DNA from: Phoronis australis
Lineage: Eukaryota; Animalia; Phoronida
NCBI GenBank assembly: GCA_002633005.1
Contig: NMRA01000083.1
Coordinates: 198,896 to 262,895 of the forward strand
Reading direction: 5' to 3'
Length of the DNA: 64,000 nt
Part shown: piece after piece, positions 44,101 to 54,779 of the stretch
Layout of the letters: each line of letters opens with the position of its first letter
Position numbering within the stretch: the stretch's first letter is position 1
Notes under the pieces: generated by a model
Told to the model about the DNA's origin: nothing
Databases searched by the model: none
What the model saw: the letters and a program-made list of their open reading frames with translations, nothing else
Position numbers and translations under genes: made by a program

Positions 44101-44752
44101 AACAGTTCAAGAACTGGAATAAAATGTCTGACTGAATTGGAATACTTAGGGTCTTGAAAGTTGAAACTCCACCCCTTGGCACTGCGTTACTCAGAGTGCA
44201 CTTGAGGGTGTGAGAACACCCGTAATTCAGATCTCGTCCTAATGTGACCTATGTTTACATGGAGCCCAGAGAGAACCACACTTGTCTAACAAAATACCAA
44301 TGACACTCTGAAATATCGATAATGACTAGGAACAATGATTTTGAGGCATTGAAGCTCAAACTATAGTCTTGACAATCTGAGAATAAAAATGACTTAAGAA
44401 ATACATGTAATCGGCCATTTTGCTTTTTGTAGGTGTGACTTCAGATATCCACTATTTAGTCTAACACACTTGTTTCAATATTCACTAAGAGTGTATAATG
44501 TGTTTCTCAATATGAATTTGTGTAATCCAACTCATTACTCATACAGAGGACGTACCAATACCTTGGTGGAAGAAGGCTGTCAATTGGATCTGTGGTATCG
44601 AGAAAATCCATGACATGTCCGATGAAGAGAAGGCAGCGCTGGAGGTGAAGCACATGAATATTGAGGAGAAGCCAATGTTTGCACGCATACTCAATGCCAA
44701 CGCCATCCTACTGATGAGTCTAGCCATGTTCCTCTGGGGATTTTTTGCGTAA
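14152..44752 (+). CDS. SLC5A/SGLT-family Na+/glucose cotransporter (SLC5A1/2/9/10-like). Exons: 14152-14283, 15753-15821, 27087-27191, 30443-30502, 31862-31966, 32774-32879, 33128-33208, [34555-34802 OR 35895-36118], 37313-37448, 37814-38072, 39765-39927, 42093-42314, 43375-43540, 44547-44752. Product is 685 or 677 aa.
   Basis: All exons join in phase with AG acceptors and GT donors (intron 1 has a GC donor). Motifs: [105 protein letters not shown] and C-terminal LWGFFA*. Equivalents of hSGLT1 N78, H83, E102, Y290, W291, K321 and Q457 are retained. The exact vertebrate paralogue cannot be assigned. Confidence 0.96.
15194..15506. mobile_element. MITE with ~80-bp imperfect TIRs in SGLT intron 1
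   Basis: GGTTGCATGAAACAGTCC...CTCAACAAAGTTCCCTA versus TAGGGAACTTAGTTGAG...GGACTGTTTCATGCAACC. Confidence 0.8.
20283..21000 (+). repeat. Interspersed repeat; other copies at ~43575-43980 (+) and ~1080-1245 (-)
   Basis: Shared blocks TTTGGGACA..GAAGATT.G..ATG..GATTTTGGAATT and TAATTCTTGAATTTGGGA.G.CCAAT.TTGCCTAT; the reverse complement GGCAATACTGG..GCCAAATTCAAGAAT is at ~1210. Confidence 0.75.
24600..24830 (+). repeat. Interspersed repeat; second copy at ~31490-31700
   Basis: GGTG.TGGGGAATAACAC.GCATGATGC.GGCTAT...AAAGGTCACCTATTT..GAATTTTTTGTTTTCAC...TGCACTTTGTTTAGCATA..TGATGTTCAAATAGC in both places. Confidence 0.85.
26019..26876. mobile_element. Non-autonomous DNA transposon (pogo/Tigger-like TIR) with a HIRAN-like ORF relic
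   Basis: Left TGTATTTGTCCTAATTAGTGCC, right GGGCGCTTACTAGGGCAAATACGG. Internal relic [24 protein letters not shown]...GLEI...F.G..IDKMK at ~26550-26745. Confidence 0.65.
27558..27900. mobile_element. Probable MITE with internal short repeats
   Basis: Ends CTGTTCACA / TGTGAACAG; internal repeated CCAGTTGTAAAGGTTATAACT units. Confidence 0.5.
31073..31221. mobile_element. Small PIF/Harbinger-like MITE
   Basis: TIR GGGCCGAGTTGCATAAA / TTTATGCAACTGGGCCC. Confidence 0.7.
33994..34239. repeat. 26-bp minisatellite (~9 copies) in SGLT intron 7
   Basis: Unit GCACGTGTATC(A/G)GTGCTGTATGTGAT. Confidence 0.95.
34555..34802 (+). CDS. SGLT exon 8a (mutually exclusive alternative, 248 nt)
   Basis: tttgaacag|GT TTT GTA...: (S)[82 protein letters not shown]|gttgga. 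Phase 1 in, phase 0 out. Confidence 0.92.
35275..35737. repeat. Diverged tandem duplication (~253-nt period) between exons 8a and 8b
   Basis: Both copies: GTTTCAAGAAATGTTGAC.GAT.TATTTGAGCC...TATTCA.GGGAGGTCAC...TCTGATCAG.TACCC...ATTCTGACCAATCAC. Confidence 0.85.
35895..36118 (+). CDS. SGLT exon 8b (mutually exclusive alternative, 224 nt)
   Basis: cttctcgcacag|GT CTT ACC...: (S)[74 protein letters not shown]|gtttgt. Phase 1 in, phase 0 out. Confidence 0.92.
38087..38340. repeat. 23-bp minisatellite (11 copies) immediately after SGLT exon 10
   Basis: Unit TGCAAAAATGCT(A/T)CAGCATGGAT. Confidence 0.97.
40249..40497 (+). mobile_element. hAT-like MITE, copy 1
   Basis: TIR CAGGGCTTGGAA / TTCCAAGCC; collinear with the copy at 45848-46091. 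Confidence 0.8.
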
Positions 44753-45847
44753 TAGCTCCTGGATAGTTTTGGGCGAGAGTTTTTGGACCAGGTTTTTACC
44801 AACGTGTTCCTCGTAAGATTAAAAATGTCAGCCCCATCACAAGTTTTTAAAATTGAACGATGCCACTGTGGTTGCATTTTTTTTGGAAAATGATCCTATT
44901 AAATTTTTTTTACCGATCCTAAAACTTTTCCTGCCATTTTTTTTCATAATGAGTACTAACTGCACCTCCAGTGTTCTCTACAACCTGGTTTGACTAGTCA
45001 TGGTAATGACTTTGAATTTTGTCATGACGATGGTGACTGACATGTGTAGAAGTTGAAAAACAATTCCAGTTTCAAGTTGGAGACGGTCATTTATTTTTTA
45101 GCAAAACTGGGCATTTTGGAAGTTCAAGGGGTTGTACCGATTCCAAAGCTTTTACTAATCCCCAAAGTACGGTCATGTTTATAAATTCATGTCAGATTGG
45201 AATTTTGTGTTACGAAGAACACCGATATACCTATATAATCATTGAGTGTTTGACTGTATTTTACCTTGGTGAAGTAGCAGTGTATCTGCTTTATTCATGA
45301 GTGAATTTTAAGTTACTTTTTGTATAAGATCTATGCATTCCTTGCTTTTACACCTGCTGTTGCCATTCCAAAAAGTAGCTTCAAAAATTTACGCTGGGTG
45401 CTATCTTATGCTAGTTCAGTGCAAGACTGAAAGATGCCAAGATTATTCGATTTACACAAATAGCATCTCTCTGTGTTTTAAATTTCTTAAATATCACAAA
45501 TCACTCTTTTCAGGATTAGATTTTGGATATATGTAATATCTTATTTTAATGGAATATTTTTATACTTCCACGTTCTTTTTGTATTTTACCATAATTTTTA
45601 AATTTTTTTAGATTTCTAGGCTGATTATTATTATACAAGTGATTCAGCATTGAAATACCAACATCAGATATTAGCTTTTCAATAGACTTGTTTAAATTTT
45701 TTAATTGAATTCATGTTACATTCCAAATCAGGTTTGGCTGTATTGAGTAGATTCCTATTGGGCAGTTCCACTATAAGTGCTTTGAATACCTTTGGAAACT
45801 TTCAGCATGTTAGTAGTTTATACTGTTATGCTTTTGCTCCAGTACAC

Positions 45848-46091
45848 CAGGGCATGGAATTTTCCACTTTTAAGAGGATTTCCTCTTTTTTGGTTTCATT
45901 TTCCTCTTATTTGATTTTCAGTTTCCTCTTTTTCATCTCTTTTTAATCATTATTTTGATTTTATTCGTGCAAAAACATTTTTTTCAGTTACAAAACAAAA
46001 AATATTTCTATCTCATAAGCTATTTATCTGTGGAACGATACATCACCTGGAAAACTTTACTCTTTTTTGTCATAGCTCATTCCAAGCCCTG
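45848..46091 (+). mobile_element. hAT-like MITE, copy 2 (downstream of the SGLT stop codon)
   Basis: TIR CAGGGCATGGAA / TTCCAAGCCCTG; same internal sequence as 40249-40497. Confidence 0.8.
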
Positions 46092-46093
46092 AG

Positions 46094-46340
46094 TGTACGC
46101 CGAAAATAATCGGACAAGATACCATTTCCCCGTAAAGACGTCTTCTTATAGTGAAAACGAATAGTAATGACTGCTCACTGCAGTAAAATCTTAATTATAG
46201 AACAGTGCTTCCACCTAGTTAAGTTTCTGATAAATTTGCAATCATCCTCAGTCGAGACAGGCTGATACTTCGGCCAAATCTCATTATCAGGAATTTCCGG
46301 TTCATTTTGTCCGATTACTTTCAATATGAGGTGACGTACA
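46094..46340. mobile_element. Adjacent short MITE
   Basis: AAATAATCGGACAA versus TTGTCCGATTACTTT, with TGTACG/CGTACA outer ends. Confidence 0.55.
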
Positions 46341-48169
46341 GAACCTTTTATATGTATACCACGTTAGTGTTCATTTTTACAGAGGAAATCTTGACTTGGG
46401 AAAATACAACATGATAATTACAGCTTCATACAGCAATGATTAGGTCAAGTAAAAAGCACATGGTTGAAACTTGACACAATCCAGTAGCGATCATTGCCTT
46501 TCGTCCACCGTGTAGTCATAGTGCTGTATGTGGCATTTAGGGAAATAGCTTCAAATGTATAGAACGTTGAAAGTCAATTTTTATAGAACGGACTTCCAGT
46601 CTAGTTTGAAATACTCCGAATGACTTATGTACTCAAGTTGCCTTTGATAATAAAATCAAGTCATAGATTACGTGAAATTAAATTACATGCGTTGGAGCTT
46701 ACATCACAAATCAACAGGAAAACGAAATCACATGGGTAAAAAAAAAATAAGAAATAAATAATCCGTTACCCGATGAAGATATAGCTGACAACTAGGGTAG
46801 CAGCTGAATTGGGTTGGTGATGGCTAGACAGAGTTTTCAGGGGAAATCTTTTCTTGCACACTCCTAGCGTCAAACCATCACCAAAAACAAAGTTATAAAG
46901 AATTTGAAACCACTGTACAGTTGAATAATATTCCATGAAGTCTAAGATCTATTTACAATCACGTTCAGGTTTACCAGCCTAGCTACTACTTTGTGAAGGT
47001 CTTTAATCCACATACAAAACACGAGGATATTAAATTATTAAACAGAAAAGTTTTTTGTCTCTTCTTGCGCGACCAACTGTAAAATAATATGCGATCTGAT
47101 GAGTTGTTTTTTAATTAAATCCGATTTCCCCAAAGTGCTAATAAAATACGAATATCAGAAAATGTTTTCATTAAGAATTAGTGGCGGTTTTCACGTTCCA
47201 AAAATCGCAAATTTTTTTGCAAGGCACAAAAATTGGGGAAATTCTGTCGTCGACTTTTATTAATGATGAAAGTTTTCAGACTACACCACCACCTTGTACT
47301 GTACGCACACTGCACAGAATGGGCACAACTCATTCAACTACTTCATCTTGTGTTTCCACTGCAGAAAACGGAGTAACTTCTTTCAATTGTTCTTCACTTT
47401 GGCTAACGAATTTCAGCCTTTGAAAAATTGGTGGTTGCACTGAAACTACACGAGTCACAGATACATAGAACAATTCAAGTTTACCACCAAACACAAGTGC
47501 AGTAGAAGTTGGACCTGACTGGACAGAGAGATTTCATTTGAGTATGGTAGAATCCACTTATTTGAAGGTCTAAGTGCACTAATGTGAGCAGATGTGCAAC
47601 TGACCTTTGAGTTTAGCGAAAATCCAACTTCTGCAAGTTTTACTTTTACTGTGTTTGGTGCTATAACTAAAAAAATTTTGTTCTCTGCAATTAGAATCAA
47701 CTGTGACACTTTTTCGAACCCTGCACACTTCAAAACAAAGTTTGGGAATCCTGGAATAAGAAAAACGTTACTTCACAGTAAAATGTCATCTCGGTACTAA
47801 TACACTCTATCAGTTTTGTTGACATTACTTTGGGACGTCCAGTAAAAACAAAATATTTTTTGCATTAAAAAGGACCATACCCCAACAATGACAAGTTACA
47901 GAAATATACAATTCACATATACCTAACCATCTCAGAAGAGTGAGAGCAGGGCAAGGGGATTAAAAAATATTCAAAGATTGTTGAATTCCTCATTATCACG
48001 TCAATCAAAGCAGGCAAAATTGGACTCAATTGAAAATTCACAGATGGTATACACACTGTGGTAAGGATTAATCACCAACACTAGACATACTGTGCCAGGA
48101 TGTCAATTATGCGCCCTACTTCCTTAAAATAGCAGTTCTCCATCTTTCCACCAGATGTCACCTTGGTGC

Positions 48170-51100
48170 TCACCTATTGATGCCCATTCTGCTTGCATAC
48201 ATAAGTCCATCGCCCTGAGTAGCTTGCTGAAATTAAATGTTATCCGGTTGTGTAGTACATAGCATTAATAAAGACTAGTTGCTAAAATGTATAAGTGTTT
48301 ATTCTCATACAAAACTTCCTTCATACATACTTGCAAGACGTCACAATTCAGTACATTTTAAAAAATTGCTTCATGAACAAGCACAAGAGACATGGCACAC
48401 AGATTACCTGTCCATTCACATGAATCAAGGAATTTTAGAATTTTTACTTTTTTAAGTATTTATATCCAGTAAAGATTTATAATATTAAAGAAAATAAATC
48501 CAGAATAGAGGAATGGGCAATGTGAAAAATATTCACTACGTAGTACTCGTATAGAAAGAGTCCTATCAGAACCTGAATAGACAGAGAAGATATATTTGTT
48601 CAACATCACGAGGTTGTTTGGCAGATAAGGTCCGTTAAGACCTTAAAGCATGCATTTTACAGAATATAGAACTGTACTTCCAGAAGAACCACACGGTGAA
48701 TTTTGAATTGCTCATTCAGCAGAATATATCTGCCCAATACCTTGTTGATCTCCTTTTGTCTTTCTTTGCTGACAATTTCCTCAATTATCTCACCATCTCC
48801 CTTGACCAATCTGCAATTAGAAGTGACTTTCATGTCAGTACCTTGATCACACGATATTGCGCAAAATAATGAGCAGGCCAATAACAAACAAAACTTTCTG
48901 TTATTCCACAACAAAATAATCCGACAAAAGTGTCATTTTGCTGCTCTTCAAATAAAAGACTGACTACTACAAAATTACAAAATTTTCACCTGATGTTATT
49001 TTACACAAATGGGCAGGAAAAACCATGCTAATTGTATAATATCTTAAAAGTTGATTTTTACAAAAGGGATGACCGCTACCTCACATTCCTTTGTGAATAC
49101 AACGTCTCGCTATCTGTAAAGGTGAATTGCATCTTACAACAGACAGTAACAGTGGAATCATCCTCTAATGTGAATAGTTTTTTAAAAAATGAATTTAAAT
49201 GTATGGTTTCAACTGTCAGAATCGTATTAGGACCTGGAGTGTGTTCAAGAGCCAAGACATTTGCGGTGAAAAATCTTCACTTATGGTGCAGAAACGGTGA
49301 ATTCTATCCCATGATTCAACATTCCAACCTCACCAACCAATCACTGCAGCTGCCACCATTTTAGAAAGGTCCCGTGCACACTTGCAAAAGACTCACTTTT
49401 CCCTCGCGTGATTTTGCATGATCTTGCCGAACTGCAAACTCTTACTAGAGAACCCATACTGTCATATAAACACCTTGAATGCATGCTCAGGAAACAAAAG
49501 TTTAAAAACAAGCCCCTGAGGATTTGATAATAACTACCTTGTTCCTCCATTTCAGAGTCACGGACTCTTGAACTCGAGCTATCTACCCAGTTTCTCCCCC
49601 ATTCCATGGCAATAGGCTCTTCCATTCACATACATGTACTTATCTGTTCCTCCCAGTTTTAGTATCATAGACTCTTCCACTCAGCCACACACACTAACCA
49701 TTGCTCCCAGTTTCAAGGTAATACACTCTTCAATTCACACACACTTACCTGTTCCTCCCAGTTTCAGGGTCATACACTCTTCGCACTACACTTTGCTGTT
49801 TCTCCCACTCTTCCTTAGTCATTGGCACCATACTCCGCGCTTTGGCCATTCCACCAGCAGGTGGCTCTGCAGATGGAATGAAATGATTTCACAAATTGTT
49901 ATGTGTCTGGACTCTTAAACAGTAGCATGTCACTATTTCGCTATCAAAATATAACCAATTACCTAATGAGCCTGTGCAAACATTCATTAATTACCTCTTT
50001 GGGTTGGCCATGTCATAGCATAAATGACGAAGAAAACATGGGATAAAAAACTATTCGATAAAATTGCTCAGGATGCGTCTATTTAAAAAATTCAAAAATG
50101 CTCGAAGTTATTTTAAATTTTGAAAAAAATCATCCTTTGCCAGAACTATCCTGCATTTGAGCTTGAATCTCACATCTTCGTAGATACAATACTTATGATG
50201 GCAGTTAATTAAAGCAAACTACACATTTACAAAGTCCATTTTATAGAGGTAAGCTAGCTTCACCATCGCAAGGAACCACCAGTCCTTTTGATGACCTGAC
50301 AACCAAATGAAACCAGATGAAGGTAGCCAAACAAAAACATCCATAGATGCCTGTGGTAAGTTTGACAGTAAGAGTTTTGCAACAAGGAGTCATGAACCCA
50401 CCTGGATTAGGGCCAACGGGAATGTCAGATTTTAACTCTTTATTGTCTTTGTCACTTTTCAACTTTTTGTGCTTTTTGTGTTTCTTTTTCTTCTTGTTCT
50501 TCTTTTTCTTCTTTTTGTGCTTATGTTCTCTCTCTGATGAAGATGAAGAGGGCGACCTGTTCTTTTTGTGCTTACGTTCTATTTCTGATGAAGATGAAGA
50601 GGGTGACCTGTGTTAAAACAGAAACACTACTAGGATAATATGAACTGTGAAACTTATAAAAAATTAAAATCAAAAAGATTGTTCACATGTTTTGCCCAAT
50701 AGAAAGGCAGATGTCAAAAACTGACTTGGAAATAATAAAAATTGTTCACTACATGGTGCAGAATACATCAAGCCCGAGTGAAACGGGTACGGCATTTTTC
50801 TTTAAAGGCAACTTATTTGTCAAATTTTGTGAAAATCCGTTAAAGAACTCTGACGATATCAAGGCGAATGTAAAAACCTAAAATTGCCACATGAGAGCAC
50901 AGGAGTAGTTGGGTCAATTTGAAAGTTATTGTTGTCATCCATCATCAGCTCCATAGGAACACATCTGATAACTTTTATGAAGATCCTCTACAGTGGTTAT
51001 GCGATGCAAAAGTGGACAGCAGATGCCTAGACAGAGATGATGGTAATATACACCCACACACGTATTGTGTGACAGTACAAAATTGCATAAAGTTCAGATA

Positions 51101-51713
51101 TGAAAGTGCATTCAAAAGTCCAGTATTCAAAAATTGAAAGTGCACAAAAAATTCACAATAAATATATTAGCAAAATATATTAGCAGTTGAGACTGTGGAC
51201 CTGTAGCTTTCACATTTATGATAGACAGACTTTCACAATACTGACAACTGCATTTTCAGCAATATTGAAGACGGTGAGACGGAATTTGATTTAAGTTATA
51301 GGCGTCTAATTAGCATTCTCCAAATCTTCATTCCAAAAACATCGATACAGAGCTGCCATTTCAGAGGATATCGTAAAGGAGAGTCCAACTGCACTTTGTA
51401 GACCCTAAAAACGGCAAGCCAATAATGGCTTCGATTGTTTGGATTGTGCCCATAGACGGGGAGTGGGNGGGGGGGGGGGGGGGGTTAAATCACCCTATGT
51501 TTAATGAACACACCTCGCTCTCTTCTTTTTCTTCCTCTGAGGGCTGCAGCTACTACTTCTGCTACTACGTCTCTTCTTTTTCTTCCCTGGCCTCTTCATG
51601 TCAGGAGTCTTGGATCTGTTACGTCTTTCTTCTTGCTCATCAGTCTTGCATTTTCTCTCACGAGTGTTGGGTGACTGTGAGTCTTTTGAGTGTGTTTGTT
51701 TAACAGAATGCAT
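48170..51713 (-). CDS. ARL6IP4: ARL6IP4 / SR-25 / SRrp37-like Ser/Arg/Lys-rich splicing-associated protein. Exons: 51713-51514, 50607-50402, 49866-49749, 48810-48741, 48226-48170 (~216 aa; start codon uncertain).
   Basis: The spliced C-terminus [27 protein letters not shown]|[24 protein letters not shown]|[18 protein letters not shown] matches the SR-25 domain. The N-terminus is K/S/R low-complexity. All junctions are GT-AG and in phase. Confidence 0.9.
49533..49782 (-). repeat. Five degenerate ~50-nt tandem copies of the ARL6IP4 exon-end/5' splice site
   Basis: On the - strand: GAAGAGTGTATGACCCTGAAACTGGGAGGAACAG|gtaagt followed by four diverged GAAGAG...GGAG..AC.G|(g/a)t.. copies. Confidence 0.85.
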
Positions 51714-51970
51714 TGCAATGAGAATAATCCTTTCTAAACTGTTGCCATTCCTCGCGACAGTAATTGACAGTCACTGAAATGGAAATAAAAGACGTTCTCA
51801 TAAAAATCAATCAATTAAAAATCAAGACAGCCCTAACCTCAGTATCCATTCTAACTGAAGTAAACATGCGAGTGGAAATAAAACTGTCGTTGACATCAGT
51901 TATTGAGACCGCCAATGCACACCCGTCATTCAACAACACTGAGTTTGATGAAGGCCCCTAAACCTGTAAT

Positions 51971-52536
51971 CAGGGCTTGACATAACGAGCTGCAGGTCAC
52001 ATCTGTGACCTGAACTTTGGAAATGCGAGCTGAGATTTTTGCTAGGTCGTACCAAGTCGCCAAATGCAACCTAGAATTTCCAACGTACATGAGCTGAGTT
52101 TTTACACTTTTCGGCAGATACCTGGCAAATATAAAGCAGCTTGTGTGAATCCGAACGTTATTTGGTTGTTGCTAAATCAAGTTCAAAAGAACACTAACCG
52201 AGAACAGCTCTCCCGATGACTTCTAAGCATGTCGAGTGAACATGGGTTCAACTTTCATACTAGCAACTATAGCCTTGCGCTCTAGAGCCTTTCAATGGCG
52301 GTCGTGAAGACCAGTAACGCTGTATCTGAATGTAAGAACTCAATTTTGAGCAGGTAAAAGCATAACATAAACATTTTCTCGATGGTCTAAAAAGTCAATT
52401 TTGGCGCCTAAAAATGGCGGAAACTTCTGCGACATGGCATTAATGAATGCGAGCTGGATTTTGAAAATGCGACCTGGCAGGGATTTTGGCTAAGTCGCAA
52501 AATGCTACCTGGCGATTTTCATAGTATTGAGCCCTG
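51971..52536. mobile_element. hAT-like MITE
   Basis: Ends CAGGGCT / AGCCCTG; subterminal repeats AAATGCGA(G/C)CTG and AAGTCGC.AAATGC.ACCT near both ends. No clear TSD. Confidence 0.6.
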
Positions 52537-54519
52537 GTAGTGGTAATGTATAAATCCCTGGGATTAGATGACATAGCATTGTCGAACAGACTGCATGATG
52601 ACACTTCCAGTGAGCCTTAAGAAACTAGGACACCAACCAGACTGACTTTCAATGTGAATTACCTGGAGTTGTGTAGAGGAGCATTCGCAATCTAGCCGTG
52701 TACAAGGCAATGTAATTAATTGCCTATGAATAGCACAAAGCTGTGTACACCTTCGGACACATGAACCTTCGCCTATCAACCTAGAGTCTAGACCCAGATT
52801 CGCAAGATGCTAAACTCAAGACTGGAGTGGAGGTGATCTGATGATCGAGGCCCGCCGCTAAAAGACAATTAAGAACCTAAATTACAGATAAATTGTAGGA
52901 ACTGTACAACACAATAGACTGAATAAACTAACGTTATATTGATTTGCTGGTCGTATTCATGCCCGCCGAGCATTTATAATGTTTGAAACAAAAACTTGAT
53001 CTTGTAGTTATGGGTATACAGGCACAAGTCGATGGAAGAACGATACCATGGAAGAAACCATATTTTCCCAATTCACATTTTTACAAAACAGATAAATTCC
53101 CTATTTTAGCAAAATTTTATACATAAAAAAATAATAATTTTAAAGAAAACGTAATATAAAACAAAAAAAATTATCAAAAATTGTAATACTTGTCAATTAT
53201 CATTGTTTTCTTGACATTTTAATCAAAATGTGTTTTGGTGCAAATTATTTTCACGTTTCCTTACATTGAAGAGTCTTAACTCATTTCGTAACGTGAGTGA
53301 GGCAGAGAATGTAAACGGAGAACATCATCACGCCAATGGTATGGCACGTTAAGCTGCTGTTTGAAGGGTAAAGTTGTTGCCTGAAATTTAAAGGACTCGG
53401 TCATCGAAGAAGTGTTTCTTTCAGACTGGGTTAAAAGCCCAGGTAAGAGTACTGGAATGGCATAATCAGGAGTTGACTGTTGTTAATTAAGGCTTAAGCC
53501 CTTGATACAAAAACTGTTAACTGAATACAGCTTTGCGCTGATGTAGGTAAAATGAAATCTGACACATAATTAGTGTCATTAAAAACTACAGTTCAGACGC
53601 ACAGGAACGCCAAACTACTCCCCCCCCATCACCACCAACTCTGCCACCCCCAGCCCCCCTGCACGGCTTCACAAAAAGCAGCAAATCGGATGTAATCGAT
53701 TCCAACATTAGGCCCTCTCTCCGTGTGCGACCCCATTAGAATTTGTCAATAAAAACACAAAAAGGGTGGCCACTTGAATATCATCAAGGCCATCCCTCAA
53801 GGGTGGGGCCCCTAAATATATCAGGAAATGCGCAGCACTTTGGCTTGATGTTATCTGTCAGGTTATCAATTTTTCTCAAGTGATATACAGTTTCGACATA
53901 AAAAATATAGCGAATGTTGTCTCCGTTATCCCTTGCCAGAGAAGAGCCTCTGGAAAAATAGTTTTGCATTCACAAAACTGACTTATTGAATTTAAAATCC
54001 AATAAATTAGTATGCTCCGCAAAAGCTTCGCTTTACAAATTTTCTCGATTTTTCAAAATATATGTAGGAGAATGAATGATTACGTGCACACTTGCAAGTG
54101 CGTTTCAGGATTTTGAGTTAGGGAGGGCCATTGGCAGAGTATTAGCCAGGATTTTGCCCGTCAGACATTCGCACCCCCCATCTGACAAATGTAAACCTAG
54201 GAGAATTTTAGGGGGGCCATGGCCCCCTTCTAAATCCGCCACTGCGTTTAGACGACCTGTGCTGCAAAAACAGAGACCCTAACAATGTCTCAAAAGGTAA
54301 ACCATGCACTGCTGTTAAATATTCTCTTAGAATTTTCTCTCTTATCCGTATTTTGCAGTCTTTCTTTTCTCTTTTGTCTCAGGCCCCACGTCTATGTCGG
54401 TTATCACGGTTTAACCCTGATGACTGAAAATTTTTAAGGGGCCTGTGTCCCCCCCCCATGGCCCCCCCCCCTGCTTCCTAAGGCCCTGCAGTCTTCCTTG
54501 AGTAAACTAAATTACTTAA

Positions 54520-54720
54520 CGGTGTTGGAAAAAATGGCGTTCTACCGTAATTCTGTTGCTAAAGTTGTGGAGCGATCTTCTGCGTCAGCTTTCGGCGCCA
54601 TGAAATATTGCGTCACCTATTAGCCAGTTTCTTTTTTCGCCGATTCTTCAATCAACTGTTGTTCTTTCACGAGGTTGCGTACACGTCACAACAAGTTATT
54701 GGAACTGGTTTCACTTCATT
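54520..54720. promoter_or_regulatory. Probable bidirectional promoter / first non-coding exons of ARL6IP4 (-) and MPV17L2 (+)
   Basis: CpG-rich patch between divergent genes with AAAATGGCG (YY1-like), TGCGTCA and CGTCAC half-CRE motifs. Exon boundaries not resolved. Confidence 0.45.
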
Positions 54721-54779
54721 ATAAGTGGTCTCCTCATTAGGAACACACTTGCCAGTAATGATTCTTTAAGCGGTTTAGT

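Noticed and set aside
37138-44877. Antisense ORFs at 37138-37590, 43371-43724 and 44539-44877
   Set aside because: Shadows of real SGLT exons on the opposite strand; no recognisable motifs.
49341-49625. 94-aa [13 protein letters not shown]... as an extra ARL6IP4 exon
   Set aside because: Partly made of the degenerate donor repeat; the flanking exons join in frame without it.
54542-54601. Minus-strand ATG GCG CCG AAA... as the ARL6IP4 start codon
   Set aside because: It stops after 19 codons (MAPKADAEDRSTTLATELR*), and I could not establish an in-frame splice to the downstream exon; at most a uORF.
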